From an uncultured Planctomycetaceae bacterium (GTDB lineage Bacteria; Planctomycetota; Planctomycetia; Planctomycetales; Planctomycetaceae), in NCBI GenBank assembly GCA_963815195.1, contig CAWFGE010000017.1, forward strand, positions 64,001-128,000: DNA of 64,000 bases. Direction: 5' to 3'. Numbering within the stretch: the first letter of the stretch is position 1; each line of letters begins with the position of its first letter. Of the stretch, positions 9,442 through 19,104 are shown in pieces. A model generated the notes under the pieces. That model did no database searches, was not told the DNA's origin, and was given only the letters and a program-made list of their open reading frames with translations. A program made the translations under genes and the position numbers.

Positions 9442-10041
9442 ATGCGATCTTCCGTGCGGAAACTCAATCCCCCACAAAAAAGCGGACGAAAACGCGCCGG
9501 CGTGGTGACGTTGGAATTTATCATCGTCGCCCCCGTCGTGTTTATTTCCGTCATCGCGATCTTCGAGTTCGGCTTCCTCGCGCTCACCTTGCAAGTGGGG
9601 CACACGGCGCTCATTGAAGGCACCCGCCGCGGGGCGGAACTTTATCCCAGCATGTACCCGCTCGATATGGCCGGCCCCGACAACGACATCGCCGACCAGA
9701 TCGTGGAAATCATGAACGCCCATCTCAACGTGCAGTGTTTGGAGATCACACAGGGATTCGCGGACAACCCCGACCGCGCAAACGCCCAAATCATTATCGA
9801 GCGCGCGGGCATGAGCCCGATCATGCGGGGCGATGCCGTGAATTTCCCGCCGGGGTTCGTCTGCACGCCGATGGGCCCGGCCCCCGATGTGAATGAAATT
9901 CGCGTGACGTTGTGCTTTCCAATCGTCGATGCAACCGACCCCACCGGTTGCGGCAATCCCGTTCCCGATTGGCTGAGCCGCTACGGCTTCTCGCTCGACG
10001 GCTGCGTATTTGAAGTCAGCTCGCGAATGACGCTCGAGTAA
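9442..10041 (+). CDS. TadE-like pseudopilin
   Basis: RAGVVTLEFIIVAPVVFISVIAIFEFG...EGTRRGA; shares the C-terminal RVTxC...PxxLSxxG pattern with 8746..9285. Confidence 0.83.
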   Translation: MRSSVRKLNPPQKSGRKRAGVVTLEFIIVAPVVFISVIAIFEFGFLALTLQVGHTALIEGTRRGAELYPSMYPLDMAGPDNDIADQIVEIMNAHLNVQCLEITQGFADNPDRANAQIIIERAGMSPIMRGDAVNFPPGFVCTPMGPAPDVNEIRVTLCFPIVDATDPTGCGNPVPDWLSRYGFSLDGCVFEVSSRMTLE

Positions 10042-10067
10042 CCGCGCTTCTTCCCCACAGCGAAGCC

Positions 10068-10093
10068 AGGCGAGCGGCCGGCGTCAGCCGGCT
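10068..10093. repeat. single REP-like palindrome (GGCGAGCGG family)
   Basis: AGGCGAGCGGCCGGCGTCAGCCGGCT; same head and hairpin pattern as the arm at 4986. Confidence 0.5.
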
Positions 10094-10143
10094 AGTAGTT
10101 CACAATGGCCCCGCGATTCCGAGCCATCGCAACCGTAACTTCG

Positions 10144-12348
10144 TCAATTCGATAATTCTTCCAGTTCGCGCAAGTACCGCTTAGCCGTTTCCCTGTGTTG
10201 GAAGAACTCTTTCCGCAACTTGGCTTCCCGTTCTGAAAAGTCGGCAGATTTGGCTTCTTGAGCCTTGATCTCCCGCCATTTTTTCAGGCTTTCGTTCATT
10301 GCAGCCCTAGCCTTTTGATACTGCCTCAATTGTTCCGCTCCCCGAACCTTCGACTTCTCACCGTGAATGCCCAACCGGAGATCGGCATCCGAAGTTTCCA
10401 CGGGCAGGATCAGCCAGCCGTCTTTCTTTTTGACGTCCGCTTCTTTCCTGCCTTCGGCGAGAAGCACGCGCTTGTAAAGTTTCCCGCCGCGAAGGAAGAA
10501 GATCACTTCATCCGTCCCCGAATGCGCTTTTTCAAGCGTTCCGCCACCAGAAAAGAGCAACTCATACCGGTGATCACCGGATTCTGTTTCGATTCGCAGC
10601 GCATTCGCATCGTGATCGTCGAACTCCCAATCCTTACCATTGCCAGCCGCTTTTTCCGTCCGTTCCAACCACTCCTTGCGATTGCCCGCCGCGCTTTCCC
10701 TGGATTCCAACGTCTTCCGCAACTCCACAATTTTGCGGGCTTTCTTGTCGGGCGAAGTATCCTTGAGAAAGGATTCCGCCTCTTTCGCCCCGGGCAAGGT
10801 TCCCAGCAAGTCCAAGTCAACGCGGCGGAGCCAGACGGCATCGTCGGTGGTTTTCGCTAAATCGTGTGCCTTTCCATCGGATTTCTCTTTCTCGAGGGGT
10901 AGCACCGAAAGCCCCATCAAGCTGTGATAGAGCTTTCCATCTTTCGCATGGGCTTTGCCCAACGCGCCAAGGTCCAGCCAAACGGAATCGTTTTCATGGC
11001 ATTGCTTGCATTGCGAGGAACGCTCCAAATCCCACACGCGGGCCACGGCCGCATCTGTGTCTAACGCGAGTTCCGCAACGTCCATCGCGTAATCGTCGAT
11101 CGTCGCCTGCAGTTGTTTCCGCACCGCTTGCTGCTGTCGCTCGAGTTGTCGCAACTTGAGCAGCAACATAACTTGCTCGTGCACCACGAGGCTGGCCGTG
11201 ATGATGAGCCGGTTGTTCTTTGTGCGTTTGAGCGAATACGCTCCGCCGGCTTTGGCCCATTCTTTGGGGGCGACTTGTTTGCGGATGTCCTGCTCGACCT
11301 GTTTGGCGTTCAGATCGCCTAAACGGTAGACGATGGTTTTGAGTTCCGTGGCTGTCGGCTCTTCCTGGGCGAAGGCCAATGTCATGGGGACGATGAGGAC
11401 GGCCAGCATCGCCGCGAGGCCGCGGACCGAGAGCCGGCGAACGTGGGAGCCGTGTTTCAGCATTTCAATTCTCCTCGTCAAAGTGATGGCGGGTTGGGCC
11501 GCGGTCGCCCCGATGGGCAGCCGGCCGGTTTGTTGGGACAAAAACTCGACGGTTTCGATCAAGGCGATCGCATACCGGCGGGCGGAATCGGGCAGGGTTT
11601 CCAGGACCAGCGCATCGCAGCATTGCTCTTCCATCTCCCGCAGATTTCGGCGGACCCACCACACGAGCGGGTTCCACCAAAACACGGTGGTCACGGCCAG
11701 TTCCAAAATCCGCACCAGATGATCGCCCCGCCTGATGTGCGCGAGTTCGTGGGCGAGGATCGTTTCTAGCTGAGCCGGGTCCATCTCCGCAGCCAGTTGC
11801 GCCGGCAATAAAATCCGCGGCCGGCCGCACAGCGACCACACCGCAGGCGTGATCCGCACCGGAAGGAGCAAGAGTCTGGGAAGCCGGCGAACGCCCAACC
11901 GCCGGGCGAGGGCTTCCGCCAGGTCTTCCAGTTCCCGCGGCGCCGGCTCGGCCTGCTGGAGCAGTTTGCGAAAACACAGGATCCGAAGAATCGTCATCGC
12001 GAGGATCCCGGCAATTCCCACGATCCACACCGCGAGTAGGATGCCGTTCCAACTCCACGCTGGAGTTTGAGCGGGCTCGCGCGGTGGGGCCGGCATCGGC
12101 GGCGCGGGCAACAATAACCGAGGTTCCAATTCGATCGCGATTTCTTCCACGGGCGGTTCCACAGCAGGCTCTGGCCAGGGAAGCCCGATCCACAACAGCG
12201 GCGGCGTAAACAATTTCAAAAGCACCATCAGCCACAACACGTGGATCAAGTTGGGATTCACGCGGAACCGCGCGATCGCCGCGACCACGCCAGCCAGCAC
12301 GAGAGCCACCAGGCAATTGCTGGCCACGGCTTCCAACAGACCGTTCAT
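10144..12348 (-). CDS. BlaR1-like peptidase M56 with composite C-terminal domain
   Basis: HVLWLMVLLKL, HELAHIRRGDH, WWNPLVW, EEQCCD; the C-terminal part contains CKQCH. Confidence 0.88.
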   Translation of the reverse strand: MNGLLEAVASNCLVALVLAGVVAAIARFRVNPNLIHVLWLMVLLKLFTPPLLWIGLPWPEPAVEPPVEEIAIELEPRLLLPAPPMPAPPREPAQTPAWSWNGILLAVWIVGIAGILAMTILRILCFRKLLQQAEPAPRELEDLAEALARRLGVRRLPRLLLLPVRITPAVWSLCGRPRILLPAQLAAEMDPAQLETILAHELAHIRRGDHLVRILELAVTTVFWWNPLVWWVRRNLREMEEQCCDALVLETLPDSARRYAIALIETVEFLSQQTGRLPIGATAAQPAITLTRRIEMLKHGSHVRRLSVRGLAAMLAVLIVPMTLAFAQEEPTATELKTIVYRLGDLNAKQVEQDIRKQVAPKEWAKAGGAYSLKRTKNNRLIITASLVVHEQVMLLLKLRQLERQQQAVRKQLQATIDDYAMDVAELALDTDAAVARVWDLERSSQCKQCHENDSVWLDLGALGKAHAKDGKLYHSLMGLSVLPLEKEKSDGKAHDLAKTTDDAVWLRRVDLDLLGTLPGAKEAESFLKDTSPDKKARKIVELRKTLESRESAAGNRKEWLERTEKAAGNGKDWEFDDHDANALRIETESGDHRYELLFSGGGTLEKAHSGTDEVIFFLRGGKLYKRVLLAEGRKEADVKKKDGWLILPVETSDADLRLGIHGEKSKVRGAEQLRQYQKARAAMNESLKKWREIKAQEAKSADFSEREAKLRKEFFQHRETAKRYLRELEELSN

Positions 12349-12752
12349 GAGCGGTTCTCCTTGTTCGAAGAGCGCGACGGAGGCCAAAGCTGGTCGATCA
12401 ACTCGCGAAGTTGTTTTTGTTCCTTCTTGGAAATTCCCTTGGACTGGAGCAGCGAAGACATCAAGGGGGCCACCGACCCGCCGCACAACCGGTTGGCGAG
12501 CGACTGCAAGCGGTGCTGGAGATATTCCTCCTGGCTGACGAGCGGCCGAAAGCGGTGCGCCCGCTCGCTGCGGTCCCGCTCGATGCAGCCCTTGGCCTCC
12601 AAACGCTCCAGAAGCTTTTGCACCGACGCCAACTTGGGATCGTTGACCTCGTCGTAAAGCACATCCGTGATGTCCCGGCTCGTGGGCGCGTCCTGCTCCC
12701 AAATCACCTGCAAAATCGAGAGTTCCGTTTCCGTAACCTGATCCAATTTCAT
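12345..12752 (-). CDS. BlaI/MecI/CopY family repressor
   Basis: TETELSILQVIWEQ...SVQKLLERLEAKG...RAHRFRPLVS...ELRELI-like C-terminus; 4-bp overlap with the M56 gene. Confidence 0.92.
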   Translation of the reverse strand: MKLDQVTETELSILQVIWEQDAPTSRDITDVLYDEVNDPKLASVQKLLERLEAKGCIERDRSERAHRFRPLVSQEEYLQHRLQSLANRLCGGSVAPLMSSLLQSKGISKKEQKQLRELIDQLWPPSRSSNKENRS

Positions 12753-12766
12753 GGGGCACCTCTTTT

Positions 12767-12785
12767 GACAGACATTCTGTCTGTC
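12767..12785. promoter_or_regulatory. palindromic operator, probably bound by the BlaI-family repressor
   Basis: GACAGACA-TTC-TGTCTGTC, a perfect inverted repeat about 15 bp upstream of the blaI ATG. Confidence 0.65.
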
Positions 12786-12981
12786 TTTGTACAAAAAACA
12801 AAATCGCCTGGCAAGCGGAATCTCGAAAAAAAAGAACGAAATGGAAACGTCCCGGGCGGCGCAGCGGCGGTAACGCAATGGACGGGCGGCGAAGGCGGAC
12901 TTCATGAGCATCGGCTTGGCCAGTTCCAATCGCTCGCCTTGCGCCGCCCTTGGGCGTTGATTCCGGGACACGCGAGGGCGG

Positions 12982-13287
12982 TCACTTTTTCTTATTGGAC
13001 TTCGATTCCCCGGGCGACAGATCGAACACCCATCCGCCGCTGCCGGATTCCATCGCGATCTGCTGCAAGTCGGGATCGATGGTTTTGGCCACGTCGTACA
13101 GATAGCGGAGCGCCTCGTTGTCCTGCCCCAGCTTGGCCTTGACGACGAGTTCCATCTCCCCTTTGACCGCCCGCCACGTGCACGTTCTGGCTCCGGGGGT
13201 GCCGGTCGGATCGGGATTGAGATCAATAAACCGCTGACAATTGAGCGTCCAACCGGCGTCCTTCAACCGCGCTTGAAGCGTCGTCAT
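12982..13287 (-). CDS. hypothetical protein (101 aa)
   Basis: MTTLQARLKDAGWTLNCQRF... with a GGGGGA RBS; normal codon usage. Confidence 0.65.
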   Translation of the reverse strand: MTTLQARLKDAGWTLNCQRFIDLNPDPTGTPGARTCTWRAVKGEMELVVKAKLGQDNEALRYLYDVAKTIDPDLQQIAMESGSGGWVFDLSPGESKSNKKK

Positions 13288-13478
13288 CTCGCGTCCCCCG
13301 CAATGAGGAAAACCCAATAAGCCGCAGTTCACCCCCGAACATCCATTTTCCGCTCGAAATGTTGGGAACGCAACAAAAATCCGGCACGGCTTCCCCAATT
13401 TCGCGGGATGCCCCGGTCGCTTGTAAGCCGGGCGTCGAAGCGATGCAACGGGGACCCGGGCCGCCGATTGAGCGAGGG

Positions 13479-13613
13479 TTATCGCGGCGAGTCGCAGAGG
13501 TTGGTTGGCGTATCCGACTCACTCCGCGGGTCGCGCGAGGCGATGCGGTAGAACACGAGGCCACACAGAATCGAAATGGCGTAAATCAGGACCATTTCCG
13601 CGTCAAAGTACAT
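13479..13613 (-). CDS. small single-pass membrane protein (44 aa)
   Basis: GAGGGAG RBS then MYFDAEMVLIYAISILCGLVFYRIASRDPRSESDTPTNLCDSPR*; below the ORF-track cutoff. Confidence 0.5.
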   Translation of the reverse strand: MYFDAEMVLIYAISILCGLVFYRIASRDPRSESDTPTNLCDSPR

Positions 13614-14220
13614 GGCGGTTCTCCCTCAATGTGTGGACAGCCGGCGGATTCGCTCCCTGTCTCTGAAAATCCTCCGGTTCGACACGTGATTCGCAGGCAG
13701 GGTTCTCATCTTGACAAAACTTTTCCCGCCAGCGGACTTTTCCATTTCGTGGGGTTGTCGGCATCGGACGCGTTTTCGCGATAACGATCCGGGTGTTGGT
13801 TTGCCGGCGGTTTGTCAAATGTCTGACGACGCCCGCCTTCAATGTGCACACTATTATCCTTCTGTTCGGCCTTTCACATCGGTGAATTGAGAATACTGAT
13901 CTTTTTTCCAGATGTGTCTGCCGCCGTTTCAGGTTTTCTACGAATTTCGCGGCAAAATCGTGGGCGGGTTTTCGTAACTCTGTAGGAAAGATGACAAAAA
14001 CCGCCCTGAAACCGGCGGCGGTTTTCCGCGAACTGAGGGAAACTTGGAATTCTCGCCGGCCGCCACGATTTTTCCAATTAACTCGCGGGCGGAGAGATCT
14101 ACGATTAAAAAGGTGGCGTTAAGAAGCACTGTGATTCCTCTTTTCTTTCATTTTCCCTGATGGAACACCCGGTTTCGCGGCGTTCGCACTCCAGTCTCAA
14201 GCCGATACGAAGGAGCTTCC

Positions 14221-15581
14221 ATGAGTCGTGCCCGACAGAATCCGTTGAAAAACGATCGAGAGTTGCTGTTGGGCTGGGATGCCGAGGATGCGATGAACCG
14301 CCCGTTTGGGTTTGCTTCGGCGAGCCGGCGGATTCGCCGGGGAACTCTCAGCCGCTCACTTATGCGGGGGACAGTCATCTCCTGACGGTCGCTCCCACGG
14401 GGGCCGGAAAGGGCCGGGGCGTGATCATCCCCAACCTGCTCACCTACCAGGGTCCGGTGATCACGATCGACCCCAAGGGGGAAAACTACCAGGTTACTGC
14501 CCGCCGGCGGCGGGAAATGGGGCAGCGGGTGATCGTGCTCGATCCGTTCCACGTCGTCACCCAAAAGGGCGACCGCTTGAATCCGATGGACATTTTCGAC
14601 CTCGACAAGTCCATCCTGGATTGCGACGCGGAGATGCTGGCCTCGATGCTTTCCGTCGGGCATCATTTCGCGGACGATCCGTTCTGGAGCGACAGCGCCT
14701 CGGCGATCATGGCCGGGCTGATTGCCCACATCGCGTCCACCTCCCCCAAGCGCGAACGGAACCTCAATACGCTCCGTGGGCTGATTTATCACGATGACAT
14801 GGACTACACGCTGGCGACGCTTTTGGACAAAGAAGAGGTCGTCAACAAAATGGCCCGCGACGAGATCGTGGCTTATCTTTCGCATCCCGCCGAGCGAACC
14901 CGGCCCTCGGTGCGGTCCACGGCTTCGACGTATATCAAAGTCCTCGGCAGCCGGGAGGTCGCGGAAACTTTGGACTCCTCGAGCTTCAACCTGCAGGACA
15001 TCGTCAATGGCGAATCGCTCAGCATTTACATCGTGATCCCGCCGGAAAAGCTCGACAGCCACAAGGCCCTATTAAGGTTGTGGGTGAATACTTTGCTCAC
15101 GGCGGTCATCAGCCGCCGGCAGATTCCCCGGCAGCGGACATTGTTCCTGTTGGACGAATGCGCCCAGCTCGGTTCGCTGCCGGCACTCAAGCAGGCGATC
15201 ACACTGCTCCGGGGGTACGGCCTGCAAATCTGGTCGTTCTGGCAGGATTTGAGCCAGCTCCGCCTCTTGTATCCGCAGGATTGGGAGACGATCCTCAACA
15301 ACTCCGCGGTGCTGCAAACCTTTGGCCTCGCGAATCACTTGATGGCCACGGAATGGTCCAAAGTGGTGAATTGGGACGCCCAGGATCTCCAGGAACTCGA
15401 TCCCGAAGAAGCCTTCGTGATGGTCCAAGGCGAAGGCGGCGTTCGCTGCCGGCGTCCGGATTATCTGATGGACCCGGCCTTCGCCGGCCACTTCGATCCC
15501 AACGAACGCTTCTCGTTGCTCTCCAAGTTTTCCGCCCTGTCCGACAAGGAAGAACCCCCGCCCCGCAGCGAAGAACGCTAA
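14221..15581 (+). CDS. VirD4/TraG-like type IV coupling ATPase, no TM anchor (frameshift ~14310)
   Basis: AAGGAG-ATG at 14221 (MSRARQNPLKNDRELLLGW) joins HLLTVAPTGAGKGRGVIIPNLL, IDPKGEN, FLLDECAQLG, WQDLSQL. Confidence 0.85.
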
Positions 15582-15646
15582 TCGCGGTTTGGGGGGACGA
15601 GGACGTTGACGTCCGCTGGCCCAATGGCCCGCAAAGCTGGCTTACG

Positions 15647-16800
15647 TCACTTCATCGACTCCGCCGGGCCGGTGATTTCCGCCAACTTCGCGAAGAACTC
15701 GCGCGTTTGCGGTCGGAACTGATCCCCCAATTGACAGGGACGCTCTGATATCCTTCGCCGAAGTGCTTGTGTTTCTCCATGTCTTCATTGGGGAGACGAA
15801 AGTCAAAATAGCCCCACGAGACGTAGTTCTCCACACAGGTCACGAAGTTGTTCCCCTCGTCGCCCCAGCCTTGGTGGTCGTCGCGCCAGGGGCGGTCATC
15901 TTCGTTATTGACGATGGGCCGGGGCGTGTATTCCTGCATGTTCCGAATGGTGCGGATCATCGTCGCCATGCGCTTGGGATCACTGACGCCGTTGCCGTGG
16001 AACAGGATGTAATCGGCGACGCGGACGACGTTCGGACGGGGGATCGAGCCGCCGTTGAAACTGGCGCTGACGGGCAGCGGCTGTTTGTGCTCGGCCGCCC
16101 GCCGCTGGGCCAGTTCGATCAATTCGTGCACGCGCGGGGCCTTGATGATGGCGTGGTTGTACTTGGCGTTGTCGCATTCATTGGCAATCTCCAGCAGCAC
16201 GTTTTTGTATCCCTTTCCAGCGATCCAGTCGACCGTATCGACGACCGCCCGTTTGACCGCTGCTTCATCATCCAGCCTCTCGTCCTGGCCGAAATAGAAG
16301 ACGCCCAGCATGATCACCATTCCCAATTCGTCCGCGCGGTCGATGATGGTTTCCAGCCGCCGCATGGAGTCGTCCCGCAGCGAGCCATCGCCGCGGATCG
16401 CCGAATTGTGCCACGGTTGGTTGCGCGAATATCCCTCGGGACTCCCGCCCTGCAGGTTGACCACGGCGCACAACAGCCCCTTGGCCCGCCATTGGGGCAT
16501 GGCGGCGACGAACTCGCGGGTATTGCGGTCGGGATCCCACTTGCCGGTGTCCGGATAGGCCCAGCGGGAACGCGTCTGGGGATTCAGATCGTCAAAGATC
16601 CCCTGGACCATCCGGGAGTTCATCAGCAGCCCCTCGATTTTGTGGCCCTTCCACGTGCGGCCTGCATAGGTGGGTCGGCCATTGATGTGGAACTGGGCAC
16701 CATGAATCGAAACCTCCGTCTTCCGCTGCGGGGCTTCCGCCGCTGCCGATACACCCACGCAGGCCACGACGGCAATCGCCAGGAACAGCTTTTTCAACAT
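15647..16800 (-). CDS. secreted GH-A clan (GH5-like) TIM-barrel protein (frameshift near C-terminus ~15705)
   Basis: Signal peptide; LEIANEC (acid/base-like) and VNNEDD (nucleophile-like); the alternate frame ends EFFAKLAEITGPAESMK*. Confidence 0.6.
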
Positions 16801-17122
16801 GATCGTCATGCCCTTTCTGGCCAAGTCGGCGGGGTTTTCATGTCAGTGGGAAGGCTCGTAAGGCACGATGATCTTTTGAACGGATTTGAGAAGCTGCTCG
16901 TATTCTTTGGATTTCTTCGGATCGTGAATCTCGATCGAGCCTGGCAAGTACATCGCGGATTTTCTGCGGTCGCTAAATCATCGGCCCCCAGAATCCCGCC
17001 GGGTTGGAATACGACCACCGACAACAGCAGCATCGAGCTCACAGCAAGTCGGGACGTCAAAGGTCCTTCCAAAAAAACGGTGCCAACCGAATGTTTGCTG
17101 TTACTCAGACTGTAAGTCGAAA

Positions 17123-17276
17123 GCGTAGGGGGTGGCTGGGGCGCAAACGAGCGTTCCAAGGAAAAAGGACGTTTAAGGCCTGGGTCCGTGTAAGATTTTC
17201 TCGCCCGGCCACGGCCCCAGCATTCGCAGTTCGAGCTTTATTTAAAGGGGGATTTGCGCCCCAGCCACCCCAACGC
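17123..17276. repeat. MITE/REPIN-like element with 19-bp terminal inverted repeats
   Basis: GGGGTGGCTGGGGCGCAAA ... TTTGCGCCCCAGCCACCCC. Confidence 0.65.
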
Positions 17277-17349
17277 TGAATGTTTGAGCTTTTAGAATAC
17301 CACAAACGTCTCCACGATGGCGCAACGAATCGGTAACAAGCTCCGACGG

Positions 17350-18822
17350 CTACGGCTTCTTCATCGGGGCTTTCTCTTCTTTTCGCCGGATCTCGAATTT
17401 GACGTTGAGATCCATGGGCATATTTTCCGTCGGCCACACGCCGTCGGGTAGGAGAAGTTGGGTGTCCTGCGTGGTGGCCGAAGGCACATCCGCCAGGTCG
17501 ATGGGCTTGGTGGGAATCGATTGAATCTGCGAAGCGAGCGACTCGCGAATTTTCACCTTCACTTTCGGGACCGACGGCGCCAAAGAGACGAGCACCCATC
17601 CCGGCGGAAGCCGGCCGTGGGTTTTCACATCCACCGGCCGTTCGACGGTTTGCGTGGGATAAGCCGTCACCCGCACGACGCTCGGCTCGGCGCGGACCAG
17701 GGAGATTTCCTCCGGAAGGTTGATCGCATCGTCTCCCACCACGACCGTTTGCCGGCCGCTCTCGGGCTGGCTCAAATCCAACCGCACCCGCAAGGTACTC
17801 CAGTCGAACGCGGCAAAAGCCCGCTCGGAACCCATCACGTTCACCCGGAGTTGTTGCGGTTTGAGCGATTCGATCACCCAGTCCGGCGGGAGATTGTGGA
17901 CTTCCACCGGCACCTGATCGATGACTCGCTGCACCGAAGCGACCTGAAACGCAAACATCAGCCACAGAAAAAACGCGGCCGTGAACCCGACGGCGACCGC
18001 CAAAAGCTGATTGGCGAACGACCGGAACCAATCGCCCGCGGTCCTGTGTTTGGCCCCCTGATGATAAAAGGCCTCCAGGCGGTTCGCCAAATCCGCCGGT
18101 TGGGCCAGAATCTGCAGCCGGCTGTTTTGGGCGATGCTGACCTGTCCGCGTTCTTCTGAGACGACGATGACCAGGGCGTCGCTTTGTTCGGCGAGTCCCA
18201 AAGCCGCGGCGTGCCGGGTTCCTCCCGCCCCGATCGCCGCGAAATTCGTGGAAAGCGGAAGGTGCACTCCGAAGCGTTCCACGAGTTTTCCCTGCATGAC
18301 CACCGCCCCGTCATGGCCTGGAGACGTGGTGTCGAAAATGCTGACCAAGAGCGGAACGCTGGCCTGGCCGTGGAGTCGCTCGCCACCGTGCAGGTGCCGC
18401 TCCAAATCCTGCCCGCCCGGCAAGACGATGAGCGCCCCAATTTTCTCGCTGGCAAACAAGACCGCGGCTTCCACCAGGATGGAAATCAAAGTCGCATGAT
18501 TTTCCAGGCCTGAAGGACGAGAAAACGGATGCCAGGCGGCGAGCCGTTCAAACCCGTGCCGCAGGTCCCTTTGAAAAATGATCAGAATCCCAATCACCGC
18601 CAAGGCCAATCCCATGCGAAACAGGCCCAACGTCAAATACATCCGCAACCAATGCGAGATGAAATACAGCAAGACGAGGCCGATGACAACCAACACAAAG
18701 GCCTGATTCGATCGTTTCCGCATCCAGTGAAACAGGACGGCGAAGACGATCGTCACCACGGTCAGGTCCAAGGCATCCGCCAGGCGGAAATTCCTCGCAA
18801 TCTCATCAACATCCGGAAACAT
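17350..18822 (-). CDS. diadenylate cyclase (CdaA/DacA-type) fused to YbbR/CdaR-like domains
   Basis: Three N-terminal TM helices, FQRDLR, GALIV, HDGAVV, GTRHAAALG, VVSEERG; then a TM helix and YbbR-like repeats. Confidence 0.88.
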   Translation of the reverse strand: MFPDVDEIARNFRLADALDLTVVTIVFAVLFHWMRKRSNQAFVLVVIGLVLLYFISHWLRMYLTLGLFRMGLALAVIGILIIFQRDLRHGFERLAAWHPFSRPSGLENHATLISILVEAAVLFASEKIGALIVLPGGQDLERHLHGGERLHGQASVPLLVSIFDTTSPGHDGAVVMQGKLVERFGVHLPLSTNFAAIGAGGTRHAAALGLAEQSDALVIVVSEERGQVSIAQNSRLQILAQPADLANRLEAFYHQGAKHRTAGDWFRSFANQLLAVAVGFTAAFFLWLMFAFQVASVQRVIDQVPVEVHNLPPDWVIESLKPQQLRVNVMGSERAFAAFDWSTLRVRLDLSQPESGRQTVVVGDDAINLPEEISLVRAEPSVVRVTAYPTQTVERPVDVKTHGRLPPGWVLVSLAPSVPKVKVKIRESLASQIQSIPTKPIDLADVPSATTQDTQLLLPDGVWPTENMPMDLNVKFEIRRKEEKAPMKKP

Positions 18823-18885
18823 GGGGCGAAATCACCGCCGAAAGGGAAGGGTTTGGTCCACCATTCAATCCGCGGAGACACAGCG

Positions 18886-18901
18886 TGCAAATCTCAGGCC
18901 G
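18886..18901 (-). promoter_or_regulatory. putative sigma54 promoter for the diadenylate cyclase
   Basis: Minus strand reads CGGCCTGAGATTTGCA (GG-N10-GC), about 65 bp upstream of the ATG. Confidence 0.45.
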
Positions 18902-19104
18902 AACCCGTTTAATGCCGACTCACCGGCGAGAACCTTCTGAATTGCATCCAGACTCGTTAAACTTCCCAGAAGCGTTGTGTGTTGGAAGTTAGGACATTTT
19001 CGGATCAAGAATCGGTAAAACTTCTCATTGGCGTATTCGCCTGTGATTCTAAACTGTCGTAATTGAAATGTGTGATGGAGCCTCTCCACGGATCGGGACC
19101 CCGG

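Noticed and set aside
14160..15581. Integrative conjugative element around the VirD4-like gene
   Set aside because: No integrase, relaxase, VirB genes, att-like repeats or tRNA were seen.
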